Source of the DNA: Candidatus Heimdallarchaeum aukensis
GTDB taxonomy: Archaea > Asgardarchaeota > Heimdallarchaeia > Heimdallarchaeales > Heimdallarchaeaceae
Direction: 5' to 3'
DNA length: 64,000 bases
NCBI GenBank assembly: GCA_021513695.1
Contig: CP084166.1
Span: 384,001-448,000, forward strand
Shown here piece by piece: positions 20,543-30,408 of this stretch. Below the pieces are notes generated by a model that did no database searches, was not told where the DNA came from, and worked only from the letters and a program-made list of their open reading frames with translations. Position 1 is the stretch's first letter; each line of letters begins with the position of its first letter. A program made the position numbers and the translations under genes.

Positions 20543-20687
20543 CTCTTTACGCAATATTCCCATGCCTGTGAAGATACACAATGCACCAGTTTTAATTAAA
20601 GAAAATTTGTCTTTCTTTGAAAATCCTTATGATAGTTTGAAAATAAAAAAAGAAAAAAGGATATCTAAAGATATTCCTCTTCTTTAA
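20528..20687 (+). pseudogene. duplicated 3' fragment of herA (last ~53 codons)
   Basis: Exact copy of 15096-15255 (…TNSLRNIPMPVKIHNAPVLIKENLSFFENPYDSLKIKKEKRISKDIPLL*) with no 5' part. Confidence 0.6.
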
Positions 20688-20720
20688 TAATAGAATCAAA
20701 AATAATTTGAATGAAAGAAG

Positions 20721-22004
20721 GTGAAATTAGTGGTAAAAATAGCTCATATGTCTGATACTCATTTATCACATAGAAGAGTAAGAAATGTTAGAGATAGTTG
20801 GAAAGAAAGATATAGAGTAAGTTGGATAGAGAATGACTTTTCATTAGCTTTTCAAAGAGCTTTAGATGCAGCTATTGAAACTAAATGTGATTTTCTAGTT
20901 CATTCAGGAGATTTGTTTGATGTTCCTGTAAAAAGAAATACAACTTCACCTTCTGAATATGCAAGAGCTATTGCAATAAGTGAAATAAGAAGATTTTTGG
21001 AAGCTACACATTTTAAAGTACCTATAATTATAATTGATGGAAATCATGGAACTTATCTTTACAGGAATAATAGTACTATAGAATTCATAAAATCAGCTTT
21101 CCCTGAAAATGTGTTTATAGCCACAAATTATGACCTTAAACGAGCAATAGTAAAAAATGAACCTTTGAAAGTAGAGTTTGAAGAGATTAACTTTTATCTG
21201 TTTCCTTATTTAGAATTCAAATCTATGGCTAATTATGAAGAACTCTATGATGAATGGATAAGTAAATGCCAAGAGCCTGAAGACGGAAAAATTAATGTTG
21301 CAGTAGCTCACGGAATGTTTAGGAATTTGGATTTGCATGAAAAATTATTCTCTTTTCCTTATGATTATGTAGCTTTAGGACACGATCACCAACAAAGAAA
21401 ATATGCTCCAAACGCTTGGCAAGCAGGAAGTACAGAAAAATATACCTTTGCTGAAAGAGGACAAGAAAAAGGTATTTTAGAAGTTATTATTGAGAAAGGA
21501 AAAAATTTACACATTAATCCAATAAAGGTTGTTAGCCAAAGAGAAATGAAACAATTCGAAGTAGAATTAAGTTCAGACATGAGTGCATTAACTGTAGAAG
21601 AAAAAATAAGAGAACTTGTAGCAAGTTATAGAAAGAACTTTGATGGAAACACAGCTGCGAGAATAAAAGTTAAGTTACAAGGAAAAACTTCTCTCTCCTA
21701 CTGGTGGACAATAGAAGATCGTTTAGTAGAAATACAGAAAAATGTTCTAACTGAAGAATATAACATCCTAGAATTTAGATGGGATGAAGAAGAGTTAAAG
21801 AAATCTATACCTCAAAGCCTAGCCAAAACACCACAAATGGATCAATACCTAATTGAAGATCCAGTCAGGGATTTTGTAAATTATTTGAAAAACTTAGAAA
21901 TAGATGATGAAGTAAAATTTGAACAATATGCAAAACTAGGACCAGAAATAATTAAAGAGGTTTTTAGTGAAGGATTTATTTCTTCAAAGGAGGAGTTAGA
22001 ATGA
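20721..22004 (+). CDS. mre11: Mre11 nuclease (intact, 427 aa)
   Basis: Calcineurin-like phosphoesterase motifs I-V present (D-x-H, GDLFD, GNHG, VAVAHG and GHDHQ), followed by the Mre11 capping/C-terminal region. Confidence 0.85.
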   Translation: MKLVVKIAHMSDTHLSHRRVRNVRDSWKERYRVSWIENDFSLAFQRALDAAIETKCDFLVHSGDLFDVPVKRNTTSPSEYARAIAISEIRRFLEATHFKVPIIIIDGNHGTYLYRNNSTIEFIKSAFPENVFIATNYDLKRAIVKNEPLKVEFEEINFYLFPYLEFKSMANYEELYDEWISKCQEPEDGKINVAVAHGMFRNLDLHEKLFSFPYDYVALGHDHQQRKYAPNAWQAGSTEKYTFAERGQEKGILEVIIEKGKNLHINPIKVVSQREMKQFEVELSSDMSALTVEEKIRELVASYRKNFDGNTAARIKVKLQGKTSLSYWWTIEDRLVEIQKNVLTEEYNILEFRWDEEELKKSIPQSLAKTPQMDQYLIEDPVRDFVNYLKNLEIDDEVKFEQYAKLGPEIIKEVFSEGFISSKEELE

Positions 22005-24130
22005 AAATTCTTTGGATACACATGGAGAATTTTAAATGCTACCGCAATGAGAGGATTCCAGAAACAGGTATCCTTCCAAAAGGATTGATTTTTGTAGAGG
22101 GAGAGAATTCGGTAGGAAAAACTTCTTTGTTTGATGCAATATATTACGCTCTTTTTTACGAACCTACAAAGGACAAAGCCATTTTAGGTACAAAAGATAT
22201 GCTAGTAAAAAGAGGAGAAAAAGAGACTATCGTAGAAGTTGCTTTTGAAATAATGAATAAATACTTTGTAGTACAAAAGCAACATGGAATATCAACTCCT
22301 CTAAAAGTAGTTTTACTTCAAATTGATAGAGAGATGGCTGAAAAAGGAGAATTAAAAAATCCCATTAAAATAGCAGAAGGACTAGAGGATGTAAACAAGA
22401 AATTGTTTGAACTATTAAATATCACAAGCGAAAGCGTGTTGAGCACTCTAATAGTAAATCAAGGAGAAGTGCAAAAACTAGCAGAAGCTAAAGGAGCAGA
22501 ACTTAGAGATATAATTTACAAACTTTTTCATTTAGATATAAGAGAAAAGTTGAAACGTGTGATTAATAGAAAAATGGAGATTTTAGATGAAGAATGGGAA
22601 AAATACAAAATTGAGCGCACAACAGAGAATATTCTTGAAGAAATTAAAGAAATAGAGATAGAGAAAGAAACGAAAGAGAAAGAGTTAGTAAAAGCAAAAA
22701 ATGAACTGGAAAAAATAGAAGAGAAAATCTCTCAATATCCTAAACATGAAGATATTCAATCAATAAGCAATATTTTAACTCAAATACAGCAAACCAAAGA
22801 AACTATTTCTAAGCAAGAAAGAATAATTAAACAAAAATCTGAAACTTTAGAAATCAAGGAACTAACACAAGAAGAAATAAAGGATAAAATCTTAGAAATA
22901 GAGAAGATTATTCAGAAAACTAACAATAACATAGAAAATTTAAGAAACAAAAGAGATAAAGTCCAGAAAAAGTTGCATAGTCTCCAAAGAGATCTTGCTG
23001 AAATAAAAGAAAAAATCAAGAAACTAGAAAGTCATGAAGTAGGACATGAAGAAGATTTTACTTGCGAATTATGCGAACAAACGATGCCCTACTCGAAATT
23101 TAAGGAATTAGTAGAGAGTAAAAAACAATCAATTACAAATATTGAATTAGGGATTAAGAAAAGAACTGCAGAAAAAAGAGAAGTAGAGAAACAAATTGAA
23201 AAAGAAAGCAATTATATTAATAAGCTAAAAGAACAAATTTTTTCACTTAATAATGTCAAAGATAGGCTAGATAATCTAGAGAATAACAAGAAAGAATTGG
23301 ATAAAAAACAAAATAATTTAATAACACAACTTAAAAAATTCAAAGTCCAGACAGTTGATCAGCTTTCAAAGAAATATAATGTCGAAAACTTTGAGGAATT
23401 CTTTTCAATTATAAGTCAACTGAAATCTGATAAAGCTAGTCTAAATGCATCAATAAGTCATCTAAATAAAACTATTGAAAAACTAAAACAAAGGAAAAAT
23501 CAATTAGAAAAAGAAATAGACAAAAATAAGGAAAAGGAAGAGAAACAAGAGAGTATTCTTCAAGAACAAGCTGCACTAAAAGATGTAGAAGGTGTAGTTT
23601 CAAGTTTTATAGCTGAGGAGCTAATCTCCAATAGATTGCTTGCAGGAATACAGCAGACAACTAATCCTAATATAAACTTGTTTACGAGAGGAAAATACTC
23701 AGAGATATATCTAGAAGCAACTACAAAGAAAACTTTAAGGTTAAGCGTTTTAGACAAAGAAGAAGAATTCGTAAAAAATCAAGAGTTCCTTTCAGGAGGA
23801 GATAAAGCAGCTATAGGACTAGGATTGAGATTAGGTATAAGCGAATTACTAAAACAAATTAGACCATTCAAAGATTCTCCTCATAATCCTCCAAGGATGG
23901 ATATAATGATACTTGATGAGCCTTTGGGTTCACTTGATAGTGAAAGAAGGAAAAAAGTTCTAGAAGGATTGTTGATACAGAAGAAATTCAGTCAAATATT
24001 TCTGATTACACATACAAATGTTAGAGAAGAACTTCGAGCTCCTTCAATTCGAGTAAGTAGAACAGAAAAAGGTAGCTCTACAGCCTATTACCCTGCTCCA
24101 AGTAAAATAGAGTTAGAATCTGAAGAATGA
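22001..24130 (+). CDS. rad50: Rad50 ABC-type ATPase, copy 2
   Basis: Identical to copy 1 except for a one-Asp deletion (HLDIREK versus HLDDIREK). Confidence 0.8.
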   Translation: MKILWIHMENFKCYRNERIPETGILPKGLIFVEGENSVGKTSLFDAIYYALFYEPTKDKAILGTKDMLVKRGEKETIVEVAFEIMNKYFVVQKQHGISTPLKVVLLQIDREMAEKGELKNPIKIAEGLEDVNKKLFELLNITSESVLSTLIVNQGEVQKLAEAKGAELRDIIYKLFHLDIREKLKRVINRKMEILDEEWEKYKIERTTENILEEIKEIEIEKETKEKELVKAKNELEKIEEKISQYPKHEDIQSISNILTQIQQTKETISKQERIIKQKSETLEIKELTQEEIKDKILEIEKIIQKTNNNIENLRNKRDKVQKKLHSLQRDLAEIKEKIKKLESHEVGHEEDFTCELCEQTMPYSKFKELVESKKQSITNIELGIKKRTAEKREVEKQIEKESNYINKLKEQIFSLNNVKDRLDNLENNKKELDKKQNNLITQLKKFKVQTVDQLSKKYNVENFEEFFSIISQLKSDKASLNASISHLNKTIEKLKQRKNQLEKEIDKNKEKEEKQESILQEQAALKDVEGVVSSFIAEELISNRLLAGIQQTTNPNINLFTRGKYSEIYLEATTKKTLRLSVLDKEEEFVKNQEFLSGGDKAAIGLGLRLGISELLKQIRPFKDSPHNPPRMDIMILDEPLGSLDSERRKKVLEGLLIQKKFSQIFLITHTNVREELRAPSIRVSRTEKGSSTAYYPAPSKIELESEE

Positions 24131-24206
24131 TTCTTTTTTCATTATCTTTATCTTTTTTGAGAATAATATTTATATCTAAAAATGGAAATGTTCTCTAGGG
24201 TTTGAA

Positions 24207-25577
24207 ATGATACCTGGAACACTTAGACCTTTACCAAAAAGATTAGCTAAAGTAAAAACAGAAGCTGAAAGGCTTTTTAGAGCAGTGGACTATGATTACG
24301 AGACTATTAAAGAAATACTAAAATCTAGTAAAAATTTTGAATTTGAAGAAATAAGAAGACAATATATTAATTGTATAAATCATCACATAAGAATAGTTCC
24401 ACTCGTAAAAGAAGCAGATAAATTGTTAGTTAAATATTCAAGAGATCCACTTCTAAAAGAAATGGTTTTCAAACTATTTGATAAGTTGGAAAAATATGAA
24501 TACAGATTGAATGGTGATATTCAACGACTTGATACTATTTTAATGTCGAAAAGAAAAGAATACATCAATAAAACAATTCCACTAGTGAAATCAGAAATAA
24601 GAAGCAAGTTATCTTTCTTAAGAGACCTAGATTTTGAGCAATTACTCGCTGACAGTGAAAAATATTCTGCTATTATTTCAGGCATCGTAGATCGTGTAAA
24701 TATATTAAAAGACGAGTATCAAAAATTAATCGAAAATGCTCTTGAAAGCGCAGTAGAAGCTTATAAAGAGTTAAAAGAAAAACTAGACGAACTTGAAGAT
24801 GAACTAAAAGAGTATGTTCTTATTCTTGCTACTTGTAAGATGGAATTGCTAATTAACGATTCAAAAACTTTGCTTGAAGAAGGAGTTAAAATATTCGAAC
24901 GTTTTGAATTAGAACAAACAACTGAACTCATAGAAGAAGCACAAGAGTACCTAGAAAAAGCAAAACCAACTCTAAAAGAGATGAATGAATTAAAGGTAGA
25001 TATTCCTAAAAAAGCAATGAAAAAGAGCTTTGAAACAAAATTCCGAGAATTAAGAAATAAATTCGAAGAAAATAAATTTACTCTAGATGAATTGATAAAC
25101 AACATCGAAACTAGAAATAGGTTACTATCGACAAATATTGAAAGAATTGATGCATTAAAAGAGCTAGCAAAATCAATGTCGAGTGACATCAAAGAAACAG
25201 GAGAAATATTAAAAATAAAAAGAATGGGTACATTTAAACTATACTTGAAAGAAAATCTTATTCCACACATGGAGTTGCAAGAAAATGGTATAGTAAAAAT
25301 ACCAAAGGCAGAAGAACTCACGGCAACTTTTATAGATGAAATAATCTTGACTCTTGAAGATGTAGATAATAAAAATATAGTTAAGGACTGGTTCAATGCT
25401 TTTAGAGCAACAAAAGTAGGTAAGTGGATATATGAAACTTCAATCAAAATTAAAAATAAAATAGTAGACATAACAAAGAAGATTGTAAAAAAAACTAAAA
25501 AATGGATCCAAGAAATGAAAGAAAAAAGAGAACAGAAAAAATCGCAAGAAAATCAACAAAAAGAAGAGAAGAAATAG
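24207..25577 (+). CDS. coiled-coil protein of unknown function, copy 2
   Basis: Identical to 18776-20146. Confidence 0.55.
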   Translation: MIPGTLRPLPKRLAKVKTEAERLFRAVDYDYETIKEILKSSKNFEFEEIRRQYINCINHHIRIVPLVKEADKLLVKYSRDPLLKEMVFKLFDKLEKYEYRLNGDIQRLDTILMSKRKEYINKTIPLVKSEIRSKLSFLRDLDFEQLLADSEKYSAIISGIVDRVNILKDEYQKLIENALESAVEAYKELKEKLDELEDELKEYVLILATCKMELLINDSKTLLEEGVKIFERFELEQTTELIEEAQEYLEKAKPTLKEMNELKVDIPKKAMKKSFETKFRELRNKFEENKFTLDELINNIETRNRLLSTNIERIDALKELAKSMSSDIKETGEILKIKRMGTFKLYLKENLIPHMELQENGIVKIPKAEELTATFIDEIILTLEDVDNKNIVKDWFNAFRATKVGKWIYETSIKIKNKIVDITKKIVKKTKKWIQEMKEKREQKKSQENQQKEEKK

Positions 25578-25742
25578 CAACATTATGTGATTTTGTGTTT
25601 TTGTGTAAAAATTCTCTATTTTTTTGTTAAATTTATTACTATATAATAATGAATACAAAAAGAAATTAGGTTGAAATTATATCATTCATTGAATTTTTGA
25701 AAAAATTTTTGCCAAAAAAAATAAATATTTAGTTATATATAT

Positions 25743-25979
25743 GTGGTATGTATTAAAATGACTTCAGATTCATCTTGTTATTGTATTGTAAGAATAACTT
25801 GGCCTAAATGGATAGTTGCAACTGGACAGATAGCTTTAGGTATTGGAATACTCTTATTGATCATTTTTTCGATCTTTTACACAAAGACAAGTTGGGAAAA
25901 TTTTTCGCTATACGGAATCTACGTGGGAGCAGGTTTTTTGCTACTTGGGGCACTAATTCTATCAAGTAATGACTGGTAG
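25743..25979 (+). CDS. small two-TM membrane protein (native copy)
   Basis: 78 aa with two hydrophobic helices. Its 3' end lies beyond the duplication boundary. Confidence 0.45.
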   Translation: MVCIKMTSDSSCYCIVRITWPKWIVATGQIALGIGILLLIIFSIFYTKTSWENFSLYGIYVGAGFLLLGALILSSNDW

Positions 25980-26014
25980 GTAGAAGAAAGAAAAAGAAAA
26001 GGAAAAAAGAAACT

Positions 26015-28051
26015 TTAGAAAAATGCAAACGTGATAAACAAAGGAAGAAGAGTGATTGAAAGTATATTTTGGAGTTTGATTAAAATATGTAGAGAAGGTC
26101 CGGCAGTATCTTTTAGAGGATCACCTACTGTGTCTCCTATTACTGCCGCATCATGCGTTTCTGTTCCTTTACCTCCAAAATGTCCAAGTTCTATGTATTT
26201 CTTAGCGTTATCCCATGCTCCACCAGCGTTAAACATAAACATCGCTAATATTCCAGAAACCACCTTAACTGCAACAAGATAAGCTGCTAGGTACCATACA
26301 CCAACAAGGAAACCCATTATTATTGGTGCCAAAATAGCTATGAAAGTGGGTACAATCATTTCTTTTAAAGCATTTGTTGTGCTTATTCCCACACATCGAG
26401 AATAATCTGCATTGGATTCTCCCTTCAAAATACCAGGGTTTTCTCTAAATTGTCTTCTTACTTCATCAGCCATTTTGAAAGAAGCTCTTCCAACAGCTTT
26501 GATGATTAATGCAGAGAAAAGAAAAGGCATCGTTGCTCCAATGAATATAGCAGCAATACCAATGGGACTTGCAATGTTAACAACAAGATTAGATAAATCA
26601 GAAGCATCCATTCCGAGTAAATCAGCTGCTTGTGTAAGAAAAGCAAACAAGATAACTACAGAAGTTAATATACAAGTGGACATGGCATAACCTTTGGTTA
26701 TTGCTTTAGTTACGTTTCCCACACCATCTAATTCTTCTAAAGCAGAGCCTACTTCATCATTTATACCAGACATTGTAGCTATTCCTTCTGCATTATCTGC
26801 AATTGGCCCAAAAGTATCTGAACTCATTATTATTCCTGTAGAAGCGAGAACACCCATAGTAGCAGCAGCTACTCCGAAAACTCCAAGCATTCCTCCTCCC
26901 ATAATGAAATATGAAGCTACAGAGACTCCAGCAACAACAATTAAGGGAATAACAGGACTTTCAAGACCATAAGCTAAACCTATTATTATGTTTAAAGCTG
27001 GCCCACTCTGAGAACTTTTAGCAATTTCTTTTGTTACTCTCCCTCCAGTAATTGTGTAATAATTTACAAGCATAGAAACTACAAGAGTAAGCACTAAACC
27101 TAAGCCTAAAGTATAAAATAATCGAATATCCTTCATTAACCAGAAAGCAATAGCAAAAAATCCAGCCAATGAAATGAGACCAGAGACCAAAAATGACATG
27201 TAAACATTAGTACTTGTTTTACTTTTTGTTGCACGAACAAAGAAGACTCCTACGATTGAGCTTATTATTCCCACAGATTCAATTAAAAGAGGAAATATAA
27301 GCGCATTGTAGCCATAAACAGGAATAAAAACTAAACCAAGTATCATTGTTGCGATAATATTGTCTGAAAATGATTCAAAGAGATCAGCTCCTCTGCCTGC
27401 GCAATCTCCTACATTATCTCCTACTTGGTCTGCTATAGCTGCTGGATTTCTAGGGTCATCTTCAGGAATCTTGTTTTCGACTTTACCAACGAGATCAGCT
27501 CCAACATCTGCTGCTTTTGTATATATTCCTCCTCCAATCTGAGCAAATAAAGCGGCCAAACTCGCTCCAAAACCATATCCTACAAGAACAGTAGGATCTT
27601 CGCCGAATATCATAAACAAAATACCAATTCCCAGTAAACTTAAACCAACGATTGAAATACCTGTAACAGCTCCTCCTCTAAAAGCTACAACTACAGCTTT
27701 TCGACTATCAGTTCGAGCTTTATTTGCGGTACGAACATTAGCTCTAACAGCAATGCTCATTCCAATATACGCTGCAACAAGAGAAGAAATTGAACCAATA
27801 ACAAAGCTTAAAGCCACTTCCCACTGTAAAACTAACCACAACAGTATAGCAAGCAGTACTATAAACACTCCTATAGTAATGAATTCTCTCTTAAGAAAGG
27901 CTTTGGCCCCTTCGCGTATGAAACCTGCAATTTCTTTCATTCTATCTGTTCCTTCATCTTCTTTCATTACTAGATAAATCAAAAGGAAGACTACTAAAAT
28001 AGCAACAGAGCCAACTATTATACTTATGTACGCCAAATCCACCGTTTTCAC
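26015..28051 (-). CDS. hppA: membrane-bound H+/Na+-translocating pyrophosphatase
   Basis: V-PPase motifs DNVGDCAGRGADLFES and GDTVGDPLKDTAGPSLHILIKL, with about 15 TM helices. Confidence 0.9.
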   Translation of the reverse strand: MKTVDLAYISIIVGSVAILVVFLLIYLVMKEDEGTDRMKEIAGFIREGAKAFLKREFITIGVFIVLLAILLWLVLQWEVALSFVIGSISSLVAAYIGMSIAVRANVRTANKARTDSRKAVVVAFRGGAVTGISIVGLSLLGIGILFMIFGEDPTVLVGYGFGASLAALFAQIGGGIYTKAADVGADLVGKVENKIPEDDPRNPAAIADQVGDNVGDCAGRGADLFESFSDNIIATMILGLVFIPVYGYNALIFPLLIESVGIISSIVGVFFVRATKSKTSTNVYMSFLVSGLISLAGFFAIAFWLMKDIRLFYTLGLGLVLTLVVSMLVNYYTITGGRVTKEIAKSSQSGPALNIIIGLAYGLESPVIPLIVVAGVSVASYFIMGGGMLGVFGVAAATMGVLASTGIIMSSDTFGPIADNAEGIATMSGINDEVGSALEELDGVGNVTKAITKGYAMSTCILTSVVILFAFLTQAADLLGMDASDLSNLVVNIASPIGIAAIFIGATMPFLFSALIIKAVGRASFKMADEVRRQFRENPGILKGESNADYSRCVGISTTNALKEMIVPTFIAILAPIIMGFLVGVWYLAAYLVAVKVVSGILAMFMFNAGGAWDNAKKYIELGHFGGKGTETHDAAVIGDTVGDPLKDTAGPSLHILIKLQNILSITLLPLFITFAFF

Positions 28052-28350
28052 CTTAATATTTTCTTTTCAATATTTTACAAAAAACCAAAAAACATTACTT
28101 TCTTTTAAATGTATTGCTAATTTTTGTACAGAAATGTTAATTAATTAACTATTATAATAGTTGTCTATGATGCTTTATAGACATAAACCGTTAATAAACG
28201 TTAAAAGCTAATAAGAATTGAAAAACGATAATAAAAATAGAATAATACATATTGTTATTAAAACAATTTTAAGGTTAATAAAACAAAGATTGTGTTATAG
28301 AGCAAAGAAAAAAGTTAAATGTAATTATATGAAATAAATTTGTTAATAGT

Positions 28351-29121
28351 GTGGATAAAATGGTTGAAAATAACTTTTTAAACAATCTAAATAGCTTTTT
28401 GAAAGAGTTTAGTTTGGAAAGTTCTAAGATTATGGAGAATATTAATTTCTTCTTTTTATTCTTCAATGATCTAAATGTAGAGATAGAAAAAAGCAATTTT
28501 TCTGAAATTGATAAAAAACTTGTTTCTTATTCTTTTGAAGCTTTTGATTTAACCTTAAAAAAAACCTATAGATTTATTCAAGATAACTGTTTGTATATTT
28601 TTGAAAAAAAACAAGATTACAATAATGATGTGAAAAAACTAGACATGTATGAAACAATCGTAAAAGAGATTTATTATGCCTTAGGAGATTTTTATTTAGA
28701 GAAATATGCTGGGTTAGTTTCATTTATTAAGGATAATGATATTAAAATAAATCTCAAATTATACTCTAAATTTAGGACTATTTTTCTCAGATTACTAAAT
28801 CAAATCCAATCTTTGAAACAATATATAATCAAAGATGAAGAACTAAACAAATTAACTAATTGGAGAAAAAGTAAATTACAAGAATTGATTCACTCTTCAA
28901 CTTCAATTAATCTTGAAAAATTATCTGAACAACTACATTTTGATAACTCTATTGAACTTGAGCAGTGGATAATACAGATTTCTTCAGACATTTTTCTTAT
29001 TGATGATAATATTCTCAAAATATCAAGGTCTGTTACTGATGACGAAATAGCTGAATCTATAGATTCTTTGCTAAACGAGTTTAAGAAATATGAAACATTA
29101 GGTTTAGGAAAAAAAATCTGA
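28351..29121 (+). CDS. hypothetical protein, member of a local family with a shared C-terminal module
   Basis: C-terminus ...DDEIAESIDSLLNEFKKYETLGLGKKI* parallels ...KKEIAEAIDSLLKDYEKWVKQGVGKKT* in the 40621-41511 product. Confidence 0.5.
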   Translation: MDKMVENNFLNNLNSFLKEFSLESSKIMENINFFFLFFNDLNVEIEKSNFSEIDKKLVSYSFEAFDLTLKKTYRFIQDNCLYIFEKKQDYNNDVKKLDMYETIVKEIYYALGDFYLEKYAGLVSFIKDNDIKINLKLYSKFRTIFLRLLNQIQSLKQYIIKDEELNKLTNWRKSKLQELIHSSTSINLEKLSEQLHFDNSIELEQWIIQISSDIFLIDDNILKISRSVTDDEIAESIDSLLNEFKKYETLGLGKKI

Positions 29122-29130
29122 GGAGTTAAA

Positions 29131-29931
29131 ATGGATTTAGTAGAAATTAATTTCATAGTAGACGATAGGAATGAAATTATAACTGTAGAATCATCAGTTG
29201 AAGAATTAGATTTATCGAATAGAAACATCAAGGACATCAATTTAGCAGGGGTAGAAAGACTTCCTTTTCTCAAAAAGATTGATCTTTCAAACAATAGTAT
29301 TGAAAAAATATATGAAAAACCTTTGAAATATTGTCCAAGCTTACAAATAGTTAACTTGTCAAATAATGAATTAGATGAAATAGATCTATCTTTCTGTTAT
29401 TATTTACCTGACTTAAGAGTTTTAGATTTATCAAAAAACAAATTAAGAAAAGTAAACCTTTATCACCTTCTTTTGTGCAACTTTCTAAATACATTAGATT
29501 TACAAGAAAATAATTTCGAAGAAATTGATTTAACTCCACTTATTTCTTTGCCTTCTCTTAATCATCTTTCACTCTCTGAAAAAGAAAAGAAAGTGATGAA
29601 GTTAGAAGGAATGCTATCTTCTTATTTAAAATCCAACTCTCCTATAAAAACCCAACTAGTTGAACTAAAAAAGCTATATACACAGAATAATAGGATGCTG
29701 CTAATTAAACAAATAGTCAAAACCTACAAAAAAATAAGGAAATCTAAAATAGCTCAGTTTCTTTCTTTTGAAAGTGAAATTGAGTTTGAGAATTGGTTAC
29801 TTACTGAATATGGAGATATAAAAGCTTTTGAAATGACTGAAGAGTATCTTATTATTCACAAAGAAGCAGTAAATGAGTTAGACGAGATGCTCTCAAAATT
29901 AGAGAAATCGTTTGAATCTCTACGTAGATGA
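29131..29931 (+). CDS. leucine-rich-repeat protein carrying the same C-terminal module
   Basis: Five or six LxxLxLxxNxL repeats ([50 protein letters not shown] and [13 protein letters not shown]). GGAG SD 7 nt upstream and a 9-bp gap to the preceding gene. C-terminal ~70 aa align with the module of the other two family members. Confidence 0.7.
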   Translation: MDLVEINFIVDDRNEIITVESSVEELDLSNRNIKDINLAGVERLPFLKKIDLSNNSIEKIYEKPLKYCPSLQIVNLSNNELDEIDLSFCYYLPDLRVLDLSKNKLRKVNLYHLLLCNFLNTLDLQENNFEEIDLTPLISLPSLNHLSLSEKEKKVMKLEGMLSSYLKSNSPIKTQLVELKKLYTQNNRMLLIKQIVKTYKKIRKSKIAQFLSFESEIEFENWLLTEYGDIKAFEMTEEYLIIHKEAVNELDEMLSKLEKSFESLRR

Positions 29932-30369
29932 CAATCTATTGTTTTCTTTCACTTTTTTTTCAAATTTTAAAGACGTTGAATTAATACAATAGCGTAAACC
30001 TGTTTTATCTTTAGGCCCATCGTCAAAAACGTGTCCTAAATGACCTCCACAATTACTACAGACTATTTCTGTTCTAATCATTCCGTGAGAAGTATCTAAT
30101 TGTTCTTTTACGGCGTTTGGATCGACTGGTTCAAAAAAACTAGGCCATCCACAACCTGATTTGAATTTTGCAGATGATCTAAATAATTGTTGACCGCAAC
30201 CAGCACAACTGTAAATTCCACTTTCAAAATGGTCGTAATATTCTCCAGAAAAAGGTCTCTCTGTTCCCTTTAACCTTAAGATGTAATATTGGTCTTTGGT
30301 CAGCTTTTTTTTCCAATATTCATCTGTTGAATTTCCATTTTTAAATTTATTCACATTATAAAGTAGCAA
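29920..30369 (-). CDS. msrB: peptide-methionine (R)-S-oxide reductase
   Basis: Two CxxC zinc motifs (CAGCGQQLF and [12 protein letters not shown]) and the catalytic RYCINS. Confidence 0.9.
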   Translation of the reverse strand: MLLYNVNKFKNGNSTDEYWKKKLTKDQYYILRLKGTERPFSGEYYDHFESGIYSCAGCGQQLFRSSAKFKSGCGWPSFFEPVDPNAVKEQLDTSHGMIRTEIVCSNCGGHLGHVFDDGPKDKTGLRYCINSTSLKFEKKVKENNRLSST

Positions 30370-30408
30370 TCGAGCTTTAAATCAATATTGATTTCACAAA
30401 TTTAAAAA

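Larger units (their letters stand above)
20528..25958 (+). repeat. tandem direct duplication, unit 2 (5431 bp)
   Basis: See unit 1. The junction 20527|20528 reads cactaatt|agctatagttact. Confidence 0.9.

Noticed and set aside
26031-27977. Five plus-strand ORFs of 60-92 aa inside the hppA locus
   Set aside because: All lie antisense within a gene with strong, motif-confirmed coding signal (V-PPase). The slightly higher GC of hppA makes the opposite strand open by chance.
26015-28051. hppA (and copB) as horizontally acquired islands because of higher GC than the surroundings
   Set aside because: The GC rise is confined to the coding region and is explained by the Gly/Ala/Val-rich membrane-protein composition. 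Flanks show no integrase, tRNA or repeats.
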